Below, in pieces: positions 10,217 through 19,389 of a DNA stretch of 64,000 bases. A model generated the notes under the pieces. The model was not told the DNA's origin and ran no database searches. It saw nothing but the letters and a program-made list of their open reading frames with translations. Position 1 is the first letter of the stretch. Every line of letters starts with the position of its first letter. The stretch is from Acidimicrobiia bacterium (GTDB lineage Bacteria > Actinomycetota > Acidimicrobiia > ATN3 > PSLF01), in contig PSLF01000003.1 in the NCBI GenBank assembly GCA_040289475.1, positions 91,418 through 155,417 of the forward strand. Direction: 5' to 3'. The translations under genes and the position numbers were made by a program.

Positions 10217-12036
10217 CTTTGGCGAGCGCCTTTTATCTCGTCGATGGCCATAACCGCGGTGAAAGCTTCTTGGGGTATCTCCACCTGGCCTATCATCTTC
10301 ATCCGTTTCTTGCCCTCCTTCTGGCGCTCTAAAAGCTTGCGTTTTCTAGTTACATCACCTCCATAACACTTGGCGAGAACATCCTTTCGTTTGGCCTTTA
10401 TGGTTTCCCTAGCTATTACCCTGTTTCCAACAGCAGCTTGCAGTGCTACATCGAAGAGTTGGCGAGGAACCACCTCCTTTAGCTTTTCTACAATTCGTTT
10501 GCCGTAGGAGTACGCCTTTTCCTTGGCGACAATGGCAGAAAAAGCATCGACAGGAGTGCCCGCTACCAAGATGTCGACCTTTACTAATTCCGCTCGCTCG
10601 TATCCTGCTGGCTCGTAGTCGAGAGAGGCATACCCCCGGCTACGAGACTTAAGCTGGTCGTTGAAGTCGAAGACCACCTCTGAAAGGGGAAGTATGTAAA
10701 CGAGCTCGACTCGGTCCTTCGAAAGATATCGGAAATCGACCTGACGTCCACGGCGCTGCTGGCATAGATCCAAGAGTGCTCCAGAAGCCCACGCCGGGCC
10801 CAGCATGGTAGCCCTCACTACTGGTTCTTCCACATGGTCGACTTCAGGACCGGTCCGCCACTCAGCAGCGCTTTTAGCCAGAAGTACCCTGCCATCCTTC
10901 ATATGAATCCTGTACTCGACCGTGGGTGCGGTGGCTAGTAACTGGATCCCATACTCCCTCGAAATGCGTTCTTTCAAGATGTCCATGTGTAAAAGGCCCA
11001 AAAACCCGCAGCGGAATCCAAAACCCAACGCCTGAGAGGTCTCAGGCTCGAAGCTGAACGAGGAGTCGTTTAGGGAAAGCTTTTCCAGCGCTGCCCGGAG
11101 ATCTGGGTACTGATCGCCGTCGAGAGGATACAAACCGCAGAAAACTAGCTGCTTTGGTTCCCGGTAACCCGCAAGAGGCTGCGGTGCCGGTCGTTCGGAG
11201 GATGTGATAGTGTCACCGACCTTGGCAGCCTGGACAGACTTGATGCCAGCTATGACGTAGCCGATTTCCCCGGGGACGAGCCGGTCTACAGGGGTCATGT
11301 AGGGTGAAAATACCCCGACTTCTTCTACAGAGAAAGTCTTCTGCGTCGCCATAAGCTTTATAGATGTTCCTACTTCGAGAGTCCCCTCGACCACTCGCAC
11401 CGTGCATACGACGCCGCGGTACTTGTCGTAGTAGGAGTCGAATACTAAAGCCCTAAGAGGCTGCTCAGGATCCCCCCCAGGGGGCGGAATGTCGGCTATA
11501 ACTCGCTCTATAAGCCCTCTAACTCCCTCACCAGTCTTTGCGCTAACCCGCACCACTCGCTCTGGATCAATGCCCAAAAGAGAACCTACTTCTTCAGCTA
11601 CTTCTTCAGGTCGGGCCACAGCTAGGTCGATTTTGTTCACTGCGGGCACGATTTGGAGACCTGCCTCGAGGGCCATGTAGCAATTGGCGAGAGTCTGTGC
11701 CTCTACTCCCTGAGCCGCATCGACGAGCAGTACAGCGCCTTCGCAGGATGCCAACGAGCGTGATACCTCATAGGCGAAATCTACGTGCCCTGGAGTGTCG
11801 ACCAAGTTCAAAAGGTATATCCGGCCGTCGCCAGCCTCATAGGTCATCCGGACAGTCTGGGCCTTTATCGTTATCCCCCGCTCGCGCTCCAAGTCCATGG
11901 TGTCAAGAAATTGCTCACGCATCTGCCGCTCAGGTATCAGTCCGGTGAGCTCTAAGAGTCGGTCGGCAAGCGTCGACTTGCCATGATCGATATGGGCAAT
12001 AATGGCGAAGTTTCTAATATGGAGACGGTTTTTCAA
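10213..12036 (-). CDS. lepA: Elongation factor 4 (LepA)
   Basis: The ORF track extends to 12108 and would overlap the divergent rpsT start. The internal TTG at 12036 gives MKNRLHIRNFAIIAHIDHGKSTLADR, which matches the canonical LepA N-terminus (cf. MKNIRNFSIIAHIDHGKST). A GGAG RBS lies upstream. G1-G5 GTPase motifs and the LepA_C domain are present. Confidence 0.88.
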   Translation of the reverse strand: MKNRLHIRNFAIIAHIDHGKSTLADRLLELTGLIPERQMREQFLDTMDLERERGITIKAQTVRMTYEAGDGRIYLLNLVDTPGHVDFAYEVSRSLASCEGAVLLVDAAQGVEAQTLANCYMALEAGLQIVPAVNKIDLAVARPEEVAEEVGSLLGIDPERVVRVSAKTGEGVRGLIERVIADIPPPGGDPEQPLRALVFDSYYDKYRGVVCTVRVVEGTLEVGTSIKLMATQKTFSVEEVGVFSPYMTPVDRLVPGEIGYVIAGIKSVQAAKVGDTITSSERPAPQPLAGYREPKQLVFCGLYPLDGDQYPDLRAALEKLSLNDSSFSFEPETSQALGFGFRCGFLGLLHMDILKERISREYGIQLLATAPTVEYRIHMKDGRVLLAKSAAEWRTGPEVDHVEEPVVRATMLGPAWASGALLDLCQQRRGRQVDFRYLSKDRVELVYILPLSEVVFDFNDQLKSRSRGYASLDYEPAGYERAELVKVDILVAGTPVDAFSAIVAKEKAYSYGKRIVEKLKEVVPRQLFDVALQAAVGNRVIARETIKAKRKDVLAKCYGGDVTRKRKLLERQKEGKKRMKMIGQVEIPQEAFTAVMAIDEIKGARQR

Positions 12037-12101
12037 ACGATACTCCAACTCTTTGAGCTGATAGCATCTAAAGCTCGCCGAAAGATCTAGGGGATGGCGA
12101 A

Positions 12102-12371
12102 GTGGCAAACATAAAGTCTCAGATCAAGCGCATCCGACAAAACGAAAAGCGGCGCCTGCGCAATAAGGCTGTGCGCTCGGAAATAAAGACTCGCATAAAG
12201 AGAGTCAAAGCCGCTGTATTGGAGGGAGACAACCAGGCACTCGAAGAGAAACTACGAGTCGCCACCAAACGCATCGATAAGGCTGCCTCAAAGGGCATCA
12301 TTCACAAAAACAAGGCTGCACGGCTCAAATCCCGGCTTCATCGCTTCGTGTCAAAAGCTCACGCTGAATAA
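12102..12371 (+). CDS. rpsT: 30S ribosomal protein S20
   Basis: 89 aa with GTG start at 12102. [34 protein letters not shown]... is a typical S20. It is divergent from lepA, which is the classical arrangement. Confidence 0.92.
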   Translation: MANIKSQIKRIRQNEKRRLRNKAVRSEIKTRIKRVKAAVLEGDNQALEEKLRVATKRIDKAASKGIIHKNKAARLKSRLHRFVSKAHAE

Positions 12372-12419
12372 GATGTGCAAGGGGGTTCTTCGAATACGAG
12401 GCACAAACATGCTTCCTGA

Positions 12420-12493
12420 GCAAGTGAAGCCTCACGCCTCGGATAGCGCATTTGGTGTGAGAACTCAAGCGTAGCTGTTTTAATTTCACTTGC
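12420..12493. terminator. Candidate bidirectional terminator or structured element: 9-bp perfect inverted repeat GCAAGTGAA...TTCACTTGC with a nested 5-bp CTCAC/GTGAG pair and a T-run
   Basis: Arms at 12420-12428 and 12485-12493 lie in the convergent rpsT/holA intergenic region. The loop of about 56 nt contains a second short inverted repeat. Found by eye only. Confidence 0.25.
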
Positions 12494-12559
12494 CCGAAAA
12501 TGCCCAGCAGGTCGGCAGCCCCAGCAAGTATTTATTCCAGCGAGCTGACTTTCGAAAGG

Positions 12560-13654
12560 TCATGTTTTCCTCGAGATCGTGCGCGTGGGAGCCGAGACGA
12601 CTTGGTTCGACCTTCCTCCTAGCAATTCGCAGACCTCGACAACTAGCTTTTCCAAAACGATACGAGGATCCAAGCCAGAGTCCCCCTTCATGTCCAGTTC
12701 CGCCTGTGCCAAGGTCACCAACAGCTTCTTCGATCCAGAGGCACCAAGCCTGCGCGCCAGCGACGAGATTCGAGACCTTACAGAGGGGGGAAGCTTCATT
12801 GAGGCCAAAAGCTCCTTATGTGTTACGGGAGCGAGGGCCAGATATGCAATGCGCCTGCAGCTTGTGTACAGCATCGCCAAAACTTGCAACGGGTGGTACC
12901 CTCCGTCCAGAAACCCTTCCAGACTCATTAGGGCAGTAGATACGTCTCCGCGCTCCACTGCCTGAATGAGCACCCAAGGAGGATCATGACGAGCCGGATC
13001 AAAAATCCTTTCTAAATCGGACAACCCTAGGCGGTTTTTTGATTCTCCACTCGGATACGCGTCAGCGAGCTGGGCTACTGCTGATTTCAATGCATTCACA
13101 TCACCACCTGCTACAGCCGCCAGATATGCAGCTGCATCGGATGCAAGACTCAGGCCAGCTTCTCGTGCTAGTTCTATCACGAAGCGAGGCAAATCCGTAT
13201 ACGAAAGGCGCTCTACAGACTCGATGCGCGCACCAGCCGCTTCGAGTATTCGTCGGGCTCTTTGAGAGGGAGCGCGTTCACAACAGATCACAACAACCGC
13301 TGGGGGGGACGGGACTCTCTCGGCAACCTCGGCACCAGAAATCCACTCAAAGACGCGCTGTGCGTCGGTGACATCCAAAGTCCTACACTGCACCACGATC
13401 GCTCGGGGCTGGCCCGTAAGAGAGGGCGTGGCCGCAGCCCTGAGAGCTGAAAGGAGAAGTTCCGATCCCTCAAATTTCTCCACCAGCAGCTCGTTTGATG
13501 TACTCGATACTATTTTCCCCTCGAAAGAAGCGGTAAAACTTGCCAACAGTTCTCGTACCGCTGTAACCCTGGTAGATTCGTCCTCCCCCTCCACGACGAT
13601 GACCCTCGGGCTAGGTGGATCCGGCTTTTCGTTACGAGACTCGACACCTTTCAC
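12560..13654 (-). CDS. holA: DNA polymerase III delta subunit (HolA)
   Basis: 364 aa with delta-subunit architecture. It occupies the conserved position between comEC and rpsT. Its start overlaps the folP-like stop by 4 nt. Confidence 0.7.
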   Translation of the reverse strand: MKGVESRNEKPDPPSPRVIVVEGEDESTRVTAVRELLASFTASFEGKIVSSTSNELLVEKFEGSELLLSALRAAATPSLTGQPRAIVVQCRTLDVTDAQRVFEWISGAEVAERVPSPPAVVVICCERAPSQRARRILEAAGARIESVERLSYTDLPRFVIELAREAGLSLASDAAAYLAAVAGGDVNALKSAVAQLADAYPSGESKNRLGLSDLERIFDPARHDPPWVLIQAVERGDVSTALMSLEGFLDGGYHPLQVLAMLYTSCRRIAYLALAPVTHKELLASMKLPPSVRSRISSLARRLGASGSKKLLVTLAQAELDMKGDSGLDPRIVLEKLVVEVCELLGGRSNQVVSAPTRTISRKT

Positions 13655-14610
13655 GAGCGTAAGATCGCTTCCAGCATCTTCATAGCGAGCTTTACTTCGG
13701 CTACATTGTGAACCCGAACGAGCCGAGCGCCCTTTGCGACAGCGTATGACACCGCCGCCAATGTAGGAACGAGACGCTTTTCCACCGGTAGTCCCAAGGT
13801 AGCCCCGATGAAAGGCTTGTTGGAAGCTGACACGAGCACTGGGTATCCCAACGAGGTGATCGAAGACGTAGCTTCTAGAAGAGCCAGACTCTGCGCTGGG
13901 GACTTGCCAAGATCTAAGCCGGCGTCCAAAACGATACTGCGTGGATCGACGCCGACCTCAACCGCGTATCTGACTCGATCCGCGAGGAACTCTAACACCT
14001 CGGCCACAACATCTTCATAGTGTGGACTTGGGTTAGGTACCCTCGGTTTGCCTTTGATGTGAGTAATGACTAATGCTGCGCCCTTGGCTGCAGCGACACT
14101 TGCCATCTCAGGATCGGCGAGGCCCGATATATCGTTCACAATTTGGGCTCCGGCTTCGAGAGCCGCCGAGGCAACCTCAGCTACGAATGTGTCGACTGAC
14201 ACAATGGCTCGCTTTTCTGCAGCAAGCCTTTGTATAACAGGACACACCCGGTCGATCTCTTCTTGTGGCGAGACATGATCTCCAGGACCCGCTTTCTGCC
14301 CGCCTACATCGACTATGTCCGCGCCTTCTTCGATCATGCGCTCGGCGCGCCGCAAAGCTGCATCGAGCTCGAAGTAGCGGCCTCGGTCGTAGAACGAATC
14401 AGGAGTGCGGTTCAAAATCCCCATGACCAATATTCGGGATTGGAGGTCGAGATCCTCGTCTCCGACCCTCAATGAAAACGGCGACCTAATCGCACCCTCA
14501 CCGTTCACGAGCTGCTTCGATTCGGAAATCAAGCTAGAATCACGCCTTGTAGCACCGCTTTCGGGTTCTAATACATCAAAAGATTTAATTGGTCGTTCAT
14601 CTTGCCTCAT
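13651..14610 (-). CDS. folP: Dihydropteroate synthase-like protein (Pterin_bind/DHPS fold) with ~55-aa N-terminal extension
   Basis: 319 aa. The DHPS core is ILVMGILNRTPDSFYDRGRYFELDAALRRAERMIEEGADIVDVGG...VSVDTF...IVNDISG...LDAGLDLGK. The start at 14610 overlaps the upstream ABC-2 permease stop by 4 nt. Alternative internal starts are possible. Confidence 0.75.
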   Translation of the reverse strand: MRQDERPIKSFDVLEPESGATRRDSSLISESKQLVNGEGAIRSPFSLRVGDEDLDLQSRILVMGILNRTPDSFYDRGRYFELDAALRRAERMIEEGADIVDVGGQKAGPGDHVSPQEEIDRVCPVIQRLAAEKRAIVSVDTFVAEVASAALEAGAQIVNDISGLADPEMASVAAAKGAALVITHIKGKPRVPNPSPHYEDVVAEVLEFLADRVRYAVEVGVDPRSIVLDAGLDLGKSPAQSLALLEATSSITSLGYPVLVSASNKPFIGATLGLPVEKRLVPTLAAVSYAVAKGARLVRVHNVAEVKLAMKMLEAILRS

Positions 14611-15512
14611 TCGACCTTACGGAACATTGCCACAGCCACCACACACATGCACACACCAAACGCCAATAGGATGGAGAGTTCAGCACCCAGAGAGAGAGTC
14701 CGGCCAAAGACATTTATTGAGCTGCCGAAGCCAGCGGTGGAGTTCGATCCAAGCATCACACGGCGAAGAGATGTAACTGCGTAAGTAGCAGGATCGAGCT
14801 TTGCAAGTACTCCCAACCACGAAGGCAGTGTTTCGACAGGGTAGAGAGCGCCGGACAGAAAGAAGATCGGCATCAGGAAAAACTGCATGACCGCTTGAAA
14901 CGACTCGATCCGCTGAATGCGTGCAGCGACCACTATCCCGAAGCTTGTAAGGGTGAAGGCCGCAAGCACCATGATCCCAAGAGAAGCCAGAAGGGCCCAA
15001 ACCGAGAGATTGACCCCGACTGCGGGCGCTAAAAGAAGTACCAAAGAGCCTTGGATAGTCGACACAGATGCCCCTCCAAGGGCCTTTCCGACGACGAGTC
15101 CCGATCTTGGAACCGGTGCCACAAGCATCTCTCGCATAAATCCGAACTCGCGGTCCCACACGATCGAGACCGCTGAGAACACGGCACTGAAGATAATAGA
15201 CATCACTACAACGCCGGGGAACAAGAACGCCTTGAAATCAAAACTAGGAATGGAGCGACCGATCAGTCTTCCCAAGCCCACACCAAATACGAACAGATAT
15301 AGGATCGGCTGAGCAAGAGATGTGGTGACTCTCATCCTAGATCGAGCGAAGCGAAGTAGTTCACGACGCCATACGATTTCCACTGCGCGTAAAAATGCCT
15401 GCATCCGATGCTCCCCCACTGGAGCTTCAATGGGCGAGCCCCTATGGGGATGCTCGGCATGTGTGTTGGTCGCTCGTTCGGAAACCCCGACAGCAGCTTC
15501 TTGCACTTTCAC
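14607..15512 (-). CDS. ABC-2 type transporter permease
   Basis: 301 aa with six predicted TM helices and the ABC2_membrane pattern. It lies downstream of the DrrA-like ATPase. Confidence 0.8.
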   Translation of the reverse strand: MKVQEAAVGVSERATNTHAEHPHRGSPIEAPVGEHRMQAFLRAVEIVWRRELLRFARSRMRVTTSLAQPILYLFVFGVGLGRLIGRSIPSFDFKAFLFPGVVVMSIIFSAVFSAVSIVWDREFGFMREMLVAPVPRSGLVVGKALGGASVSTIQGSLVLLLAPAVGVNLSVWALLASLGIMVLAAFTLTSFGIVVAARIQRIESFQAVMQFFLMPIFFLSGALYPVETLPSWLGVLAKLDPATYAVTSLRRVMLGSNSTAGFGSSINVFGRTLSLGAELSILLAFGVCMCVVAVAMFRKVE

Positions 15513-15559
15513 TGTTGCTCCTGTTTCACCAATGTCCTGCCCTCAACTGGAATGTTCTC

Positions 15560-16570
15560 CTAGCGCCTTGCCAAGTGACCCCGTACCCAGGGGTTAGCCC
15601 GATTCATTTCCTCGGCTCCGGCTTCCGAGTCACGCATGGCTCTGCCCGTGTACTTCATAAACACATCGTCAAGAGTCGGACGCTGGGTAGCTATCGAGCG
15701 CACCGGAGTATCTATTGCCTCGAATACTTTCGGGATGAATGCAGCCCCTTCTGTCACATGGAAGATAATCTCCCCATCGCGAATAGAAGGTTCCACTCCT
15801 AGCTTGGCTCTGAGTTCTGCTGCAGCCCGCTCGTTGTCTTCGGTGGACAGCGTCACTCGATCCATGCCTACCGAAGCCTTGAGCGCCGAGGGAGTGTCGA
15901 TGGCGACGATTTCTCCAAAATCAATAATGGCGATGCGACTACACCTTTCGGCTTCCTCCATGTAGTGGGTTGTCAGGAAAATCGTGACCTCTTCCTTGCG
16001 GCGCAATTCGTCGATGTACTCCCAGATATGGGCTCGAGTCTGGGGATCCAGGCCGATGGTGGGCTCGTCCAAAAAAAGTACTCTTGGGTTGTGCATAAGA
16101 CCCCTGGCAATCTCGAGACGCCGTCGCATCCCCCCCGAAAAGTTTCTCACCAATTCTTTTCGCCGCTCCGAAAGGCCCACCATTTCGAGCACTTGGTCTA
16201 TCCTCTTGCGCATCTGACTTCTGGGAAGGCCATAGAGCGCACCATGGAATTGGAGGTTTTGCTCGGCCGTGAGAAGATCGTCGAGCGTAGGGTCCTGAAA
16301 CACTAGGCCAATGGAGCGTCTCACAGCATCGGGGAAAGCCACCACGTCGTATCCTGCCACCACAGCCCGCCCTGAAGTGGGTCGCAGCAGAGTGCATAGT
16401 ATGGAGATCGTAGTGGTCTTACCGGCGCCGTTGGGGCCTAAGAACCCGAACATCTCTCCAACTTCTACGTCAAAGCTAACCTCTTTGGCGGCCTCTACAG
16501 GGCCGAACCGCTTTGTGAGCTTGTCCGCAACTACAGCTTTATCCGTCGATTCGGTCGTGTTTTCCCTCAT
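15560..16570 (-). CDS. ABC transporter ATP-binding protein (DrrA-like exporter ATPase)
   Basis: Walker A GPNGAGKTTTI, signature LSGGMRRRLEIA and Walker B VLFLDEPTIGLD are present. The ORF track extends to 16603; the start is chosen at the MRENTTEST Met, and the 5' end overlaps the comEC 3' end. Confidence 0.85.
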   Translation of the reverse strand: MRENTTESTDKAVVADKLTKRFGPVEAAKEVSFDVEVGEMFGFLGPNGAGKTTTISILCTLLRPTSGRAVVAGYDVVAFPDAVRRSIGLVFQDPTLDDLLTAEQNLQFHGALYGLPRSQMRKRIDQVLEMVGLSERRKELVRNFSGGMRRRLEIARGLMHNPRVLFLDEPTIGLDPQTRAHIWEYIDELRRKEEVTIFLTTHYMEEAERCSRIAIIDFGEIVAIDTPSALKASVGMDRVTLSTEDNERAAAELRAKLGVEPSIRDGEIIFHVTEGAAFIPKVFEAIDTPVRSIATQRPTLDDVFMKYTGRAMRDSEAGAEEMNRANPWVRGHLARR

Positions 16571-18353
16571 ATAACAGTTGGTCTTTCCGTATAGCTCGCC
16601 CAAAGCGCGCCCAAAACCGCATAGAGCGAAGCCTTAGACACGCCGCAATCGAAACAAAAAAGGCAACGGCAATGATTCCCCGCCACGTCTGCGGAATCGT
16701 CACTTCCAGCTTTGGAAATCGAGAAAATCCTTCGGCTGTCCGCGCGATTAGCGAGAGCGAGGGGCCAACGGCAATGTACGCCTTTCCTACAACCCTCGGA
16801 AATGCCAACGCGGGAATGGCCAAAGCGAAACCGTATAAAGATGCGAGTTCTGCTAGAGGAACTGCGAGCAAGTTCGAAAAAACTCCGGCAAGCTGCACCT
16901 CTCCGAATCGCCAGAACAGGACTGGCCAGACGAAAGTTTGTGCAGCAAAACAGATCGCAGCCGGCGCAGGAACTGCCGATATAACCTTCGCCGCAATGGG
17001 GTCGAATCCGCGACGCCCAAGGGTTGCTAGCATCTGCATTTTCGCCCACTCTGCCCACCGGAGTCCAAACACCAAAATCCCAGCTGTTGCCGCTACAGAT
17101 AGCTGAAAACCAGCTGAGTCCAACAGAAACGGATCCAAAAAGAGCAAAAGTGCCACGCTGAGAGAGAGGACTTCGAGAGAGCTAGGCTTCCTACGCCATA
17201 CCCAGAACAGCCCTAGTAGCATCATGAGCGCAGCGCGCATCACGGAAGGCTCCCAACGGGTCAGCACAGCGAAGAAAAGCGTCACCCCAGACAGTATGAC
17301 CACCTTTCCCCAGGTGCGCCCCGACTCCCTACCAGTCGGGTTTCCTCTACCCACCAAAAGATTTGTGGCGAATGCCACCATCCCCAAAACTACGGCAAAG
17401 TTCTGCCCGGATACCGCAGTGAGATGTGACATTCCAGCGTTTCGAAACGCATCTTTTACTTCAGGGGGTAACCGAGTGTCTTCACCGATGAGTAGTCCTA
17501 GCATGAGGGCACTTTCGGTGCGGGGTAGCGAATAATAGACAGCCATACTCAGTCGATCTCTTACCCAGTTGCTGGCAGCGATCAATCGCCGTGGTGGCCC
17601 GCGAATTTCTACGTGCTCGGCTCGAAGAGCTGCAACTGTGTGGATCCGATCGTAGTAGGAGGACCGCGAGGACGGTAGCGGGGCCACAATTCCGACGATG
17701 CGAATTGTTTCACCCAGACGCGCGCCGACTAATCCTTTGTCTGTTGTCAAGACTCTCAACTGCTGTTGTAAAACCACATCGTCCGCCCGAAGCTCTGTAA
17801 CCCGCAGCGTGAAGGTGTCAGCACCCCACAAGCGCTTCGGTTCGGACACCACCTCGCCCCACGCCTCGACTCTTCGATAAAAAAGGGTCGCTACAGATTC
17901 TTTGGCAGAGACTATTGCGTGCTCCTCGGCATAACTCCGCCACCCACAAGCAATTCCTATAAGGATCGGCAATGCCAGTGCGGTACTTCGACGTAGCGAG
18001 CTTGGCCTTGTGATTCCGGAGAAAGGCTCCGAGGCGACTCTCAAGTTGGAAGGGTCGGAGCTACTTTTTTGCCTTAGGACGATCTTTGGTCTTGAAGTTC
18101 CGCTGCCGTTGCCGGATTGCAGTGACCACGCCCCAACAGTAACGACACTTCCTATCCCCGCAACAGCGAGGCCTATCCAAACCAGACGATTCCCTGCTTG
18201 TAGTAATCGTCCAACTATGACGAAAAAGATGCAGACAGGCCCTGCACTGGCATACAGCCCAACTGACCTGCGCGGCAAGCAGCTTTGCTCAGAACGTAAT
18301 GAGAGGAACGAGCTGTGCGATCTTGACATCGCCGATTCCAGGAACTCGTGCAA
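16539..18353 (-). CDS. comEC: ComEC/Rec2-family competence membrane protein (DUF4131 + Competence domain; no C-terminal metallo-beta-lactamase domain seen)
   Basis: 604 aa and polytopic. The competence-domain motif is ...AGMSHLTAVSGQNFAVVLG.... It lies immediately downstream of comEA. The C-terminus is short and lacks an HxHxDH motif. Confidence 0.75.
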   Translation of the reverse strand: MHEFLESAMSRSHSSFLSLRSEQSCLPRRSVGLYASAGPVCIFFVIVGRLLQAGNRLVWIGLAVAGIGSVVTVGAWSLQSGNGSGTSRPKIVLRQKSSSDPSNLRVASEPFSGITRPSSLRRSTALALPILIGIACGWRSYAEEHAIVSAKESVATLFYRRVEAWGEVVSEPKRLWGADTFTLRVTELRADDVVLQQQLRVLTTDKGLVGARLGETIRIVGIVAPLPSSRSSYYDRIHTVAALRAEHVEIRGPPRRLIAASNWVRDRLSMAVYYSLPRTESALMLGLLIGEDTRLPPEVKDAFRNAGMSHLTAVSGQNFAVVLGMVAFATNLLVGRGNPTGRESGRTWGKVVILSGVTLFFAVLTRWEPSVMRAALMMLLGLFWVWRRKPSSLEVLSLSVALLLFLDPFLLDSAGFQLSVAATAGILVFGLRWAEWAKMQMLATLGRRGFDPIAAKVISAVPAPAAICFAAQTFVWPVLFWRFGEVQLAGVFSNLLAVPLAELASLYGFALAIPALAFPRVVGKAYIAVGPSLSLIARTAEGFSRFPKLEVTIPQTWRGIIAVAFFVSIAACLRLRSMRFWARFGRAIRKDQLLYEGKHDRIDG

Positions 18354-19146
18354 GATCCTGGGCTTTCTGGAACGGCCCGTTCCTCTTGCGATCAGCTACT
18401 ATGCGCTCAGCGAGGGCTGGGCCGATTCCAGGAAGCTTTTCAAGTTCGGAGGCGGAAGCCTTGTTGATGTTTATTTTGGCAGAAGAAAACCCTGACTGAC
18501 TTCTCGAGCCTCCCGCCTCCGAGCCTCCTGGCGACAGCGCTCCGGTTGCCGCCTGCGCATCCGGTGGATCTTCCCCAATCTGCGGAACATATATTCGAGT
18601 CCCATCCTCTAACGGAGCAGCAAGGTTGAGTCTTGAGATATCAGCTTCGGGCCTCGCTCCACCCGCGGCCTCTAAAGCCTCGACGACACGTCTCCCCTCC
18701 GTAAAGTAGTACACCCCCGGGGAGTTCACGGCCCCAGTCACATATACCGCCACAGGCAGCCTCCGACTCGAGGCACCAGTGCTTGAAGCCGGCGAAACCC
18801 CGTCGGAGCTATCCCCGGCCTCTTCAACAAAACGGGGAGCAAGACCCAAATCGGCTCTGGAGCTTCGAGATCCTGCCACGGGAGCCGGCTTTCCTAGTAA
18901 GAAAAAGCCTGCTAAAGCAACGATTCCAGCCCCGAGAAGAATCAGTGCCAACCTCCCGACAGCAAGACGGCTAAACCCAATACGAAAACCGCCCCGCTCT
19001 GGAGTGGACAATGACTGCCTGCTGTAGCGACTGACGCCCCAACTTCGCTTATCTATTCGCGCAAGACCGATCGGATTTCGACGAATGAGAGACAGGTATC
19101 CTTCTCGATCGACCAACTCCCCCCTCTTTTCTGGTTCTAGGCTCAA
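18289..19146 (-). CDS. comEA: ComEA-family DNA-binding protein (TM anchor + SLBB + tandem helix-hairpin-helix)
   Basis: 285 aa. The C-terminal segment KININKASASELEKLPGIGPALAERIVADRKRNGPFQKAQDLARVPGIGDVKIAQL is a classical ComEA HhH. The 3' end overlaps the comEC 5' end. Confidence 0.85.
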   Translation of the reverse strand: MSLEPEKRGELVDREGYLSLIRRNPIGLARIDKRSWGVSRYSRQSLSTPERGGFRIGFSRLAVGRLALILLGAGIVALAGFFLLGKPAPVAGSRSSRADLGLAPRFVEEAGDSSDGVSPASSTGASSRRLPVAVYVTGAVNSPGVYYFTEGRRVVEALEAAGGARPEADISRLNLAAPLEDGTRIYVPQIGEDPPDAQAATGALSPGGSEAGGSRSQSGFSSAKININKASASELEKLPGIGPALAERIVADRKRNGPFQKAQDLARVPGIGDVKIAQLVPLITF

Positions 19147-19389
19147 GCTCTTTAGCTAAACGCCCGCTCAGCAGATGATTTCTTGGCATGCCCAATTGGA
19201 CAGAGAATAAAGGACGACTGTGACATTTTCGGATTCCGTCTTTGGGTAATGTCTCGGTATCTCACGCCTGCTGGATACTCTGGGCCTTCCGCCCTCAATT
19301 CGGTCTCGACCGTTCTGCAAAAAGCTCGCTACGTAGGGAATGTATCCAATTGCGAGAAAGTTCGCCGCTATCGACGCCCTACAAGCGGG

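Noticed and set aside
12037-12108. LepA N-terminal extension reaching 12108 and overlapping the divergent rpsT start
   Set aside because: The TTG at 12036 yields MKNRLHIRNF, matching canonical LepA starts. The extended ORF would collide head-on with the rpsT 5' end.
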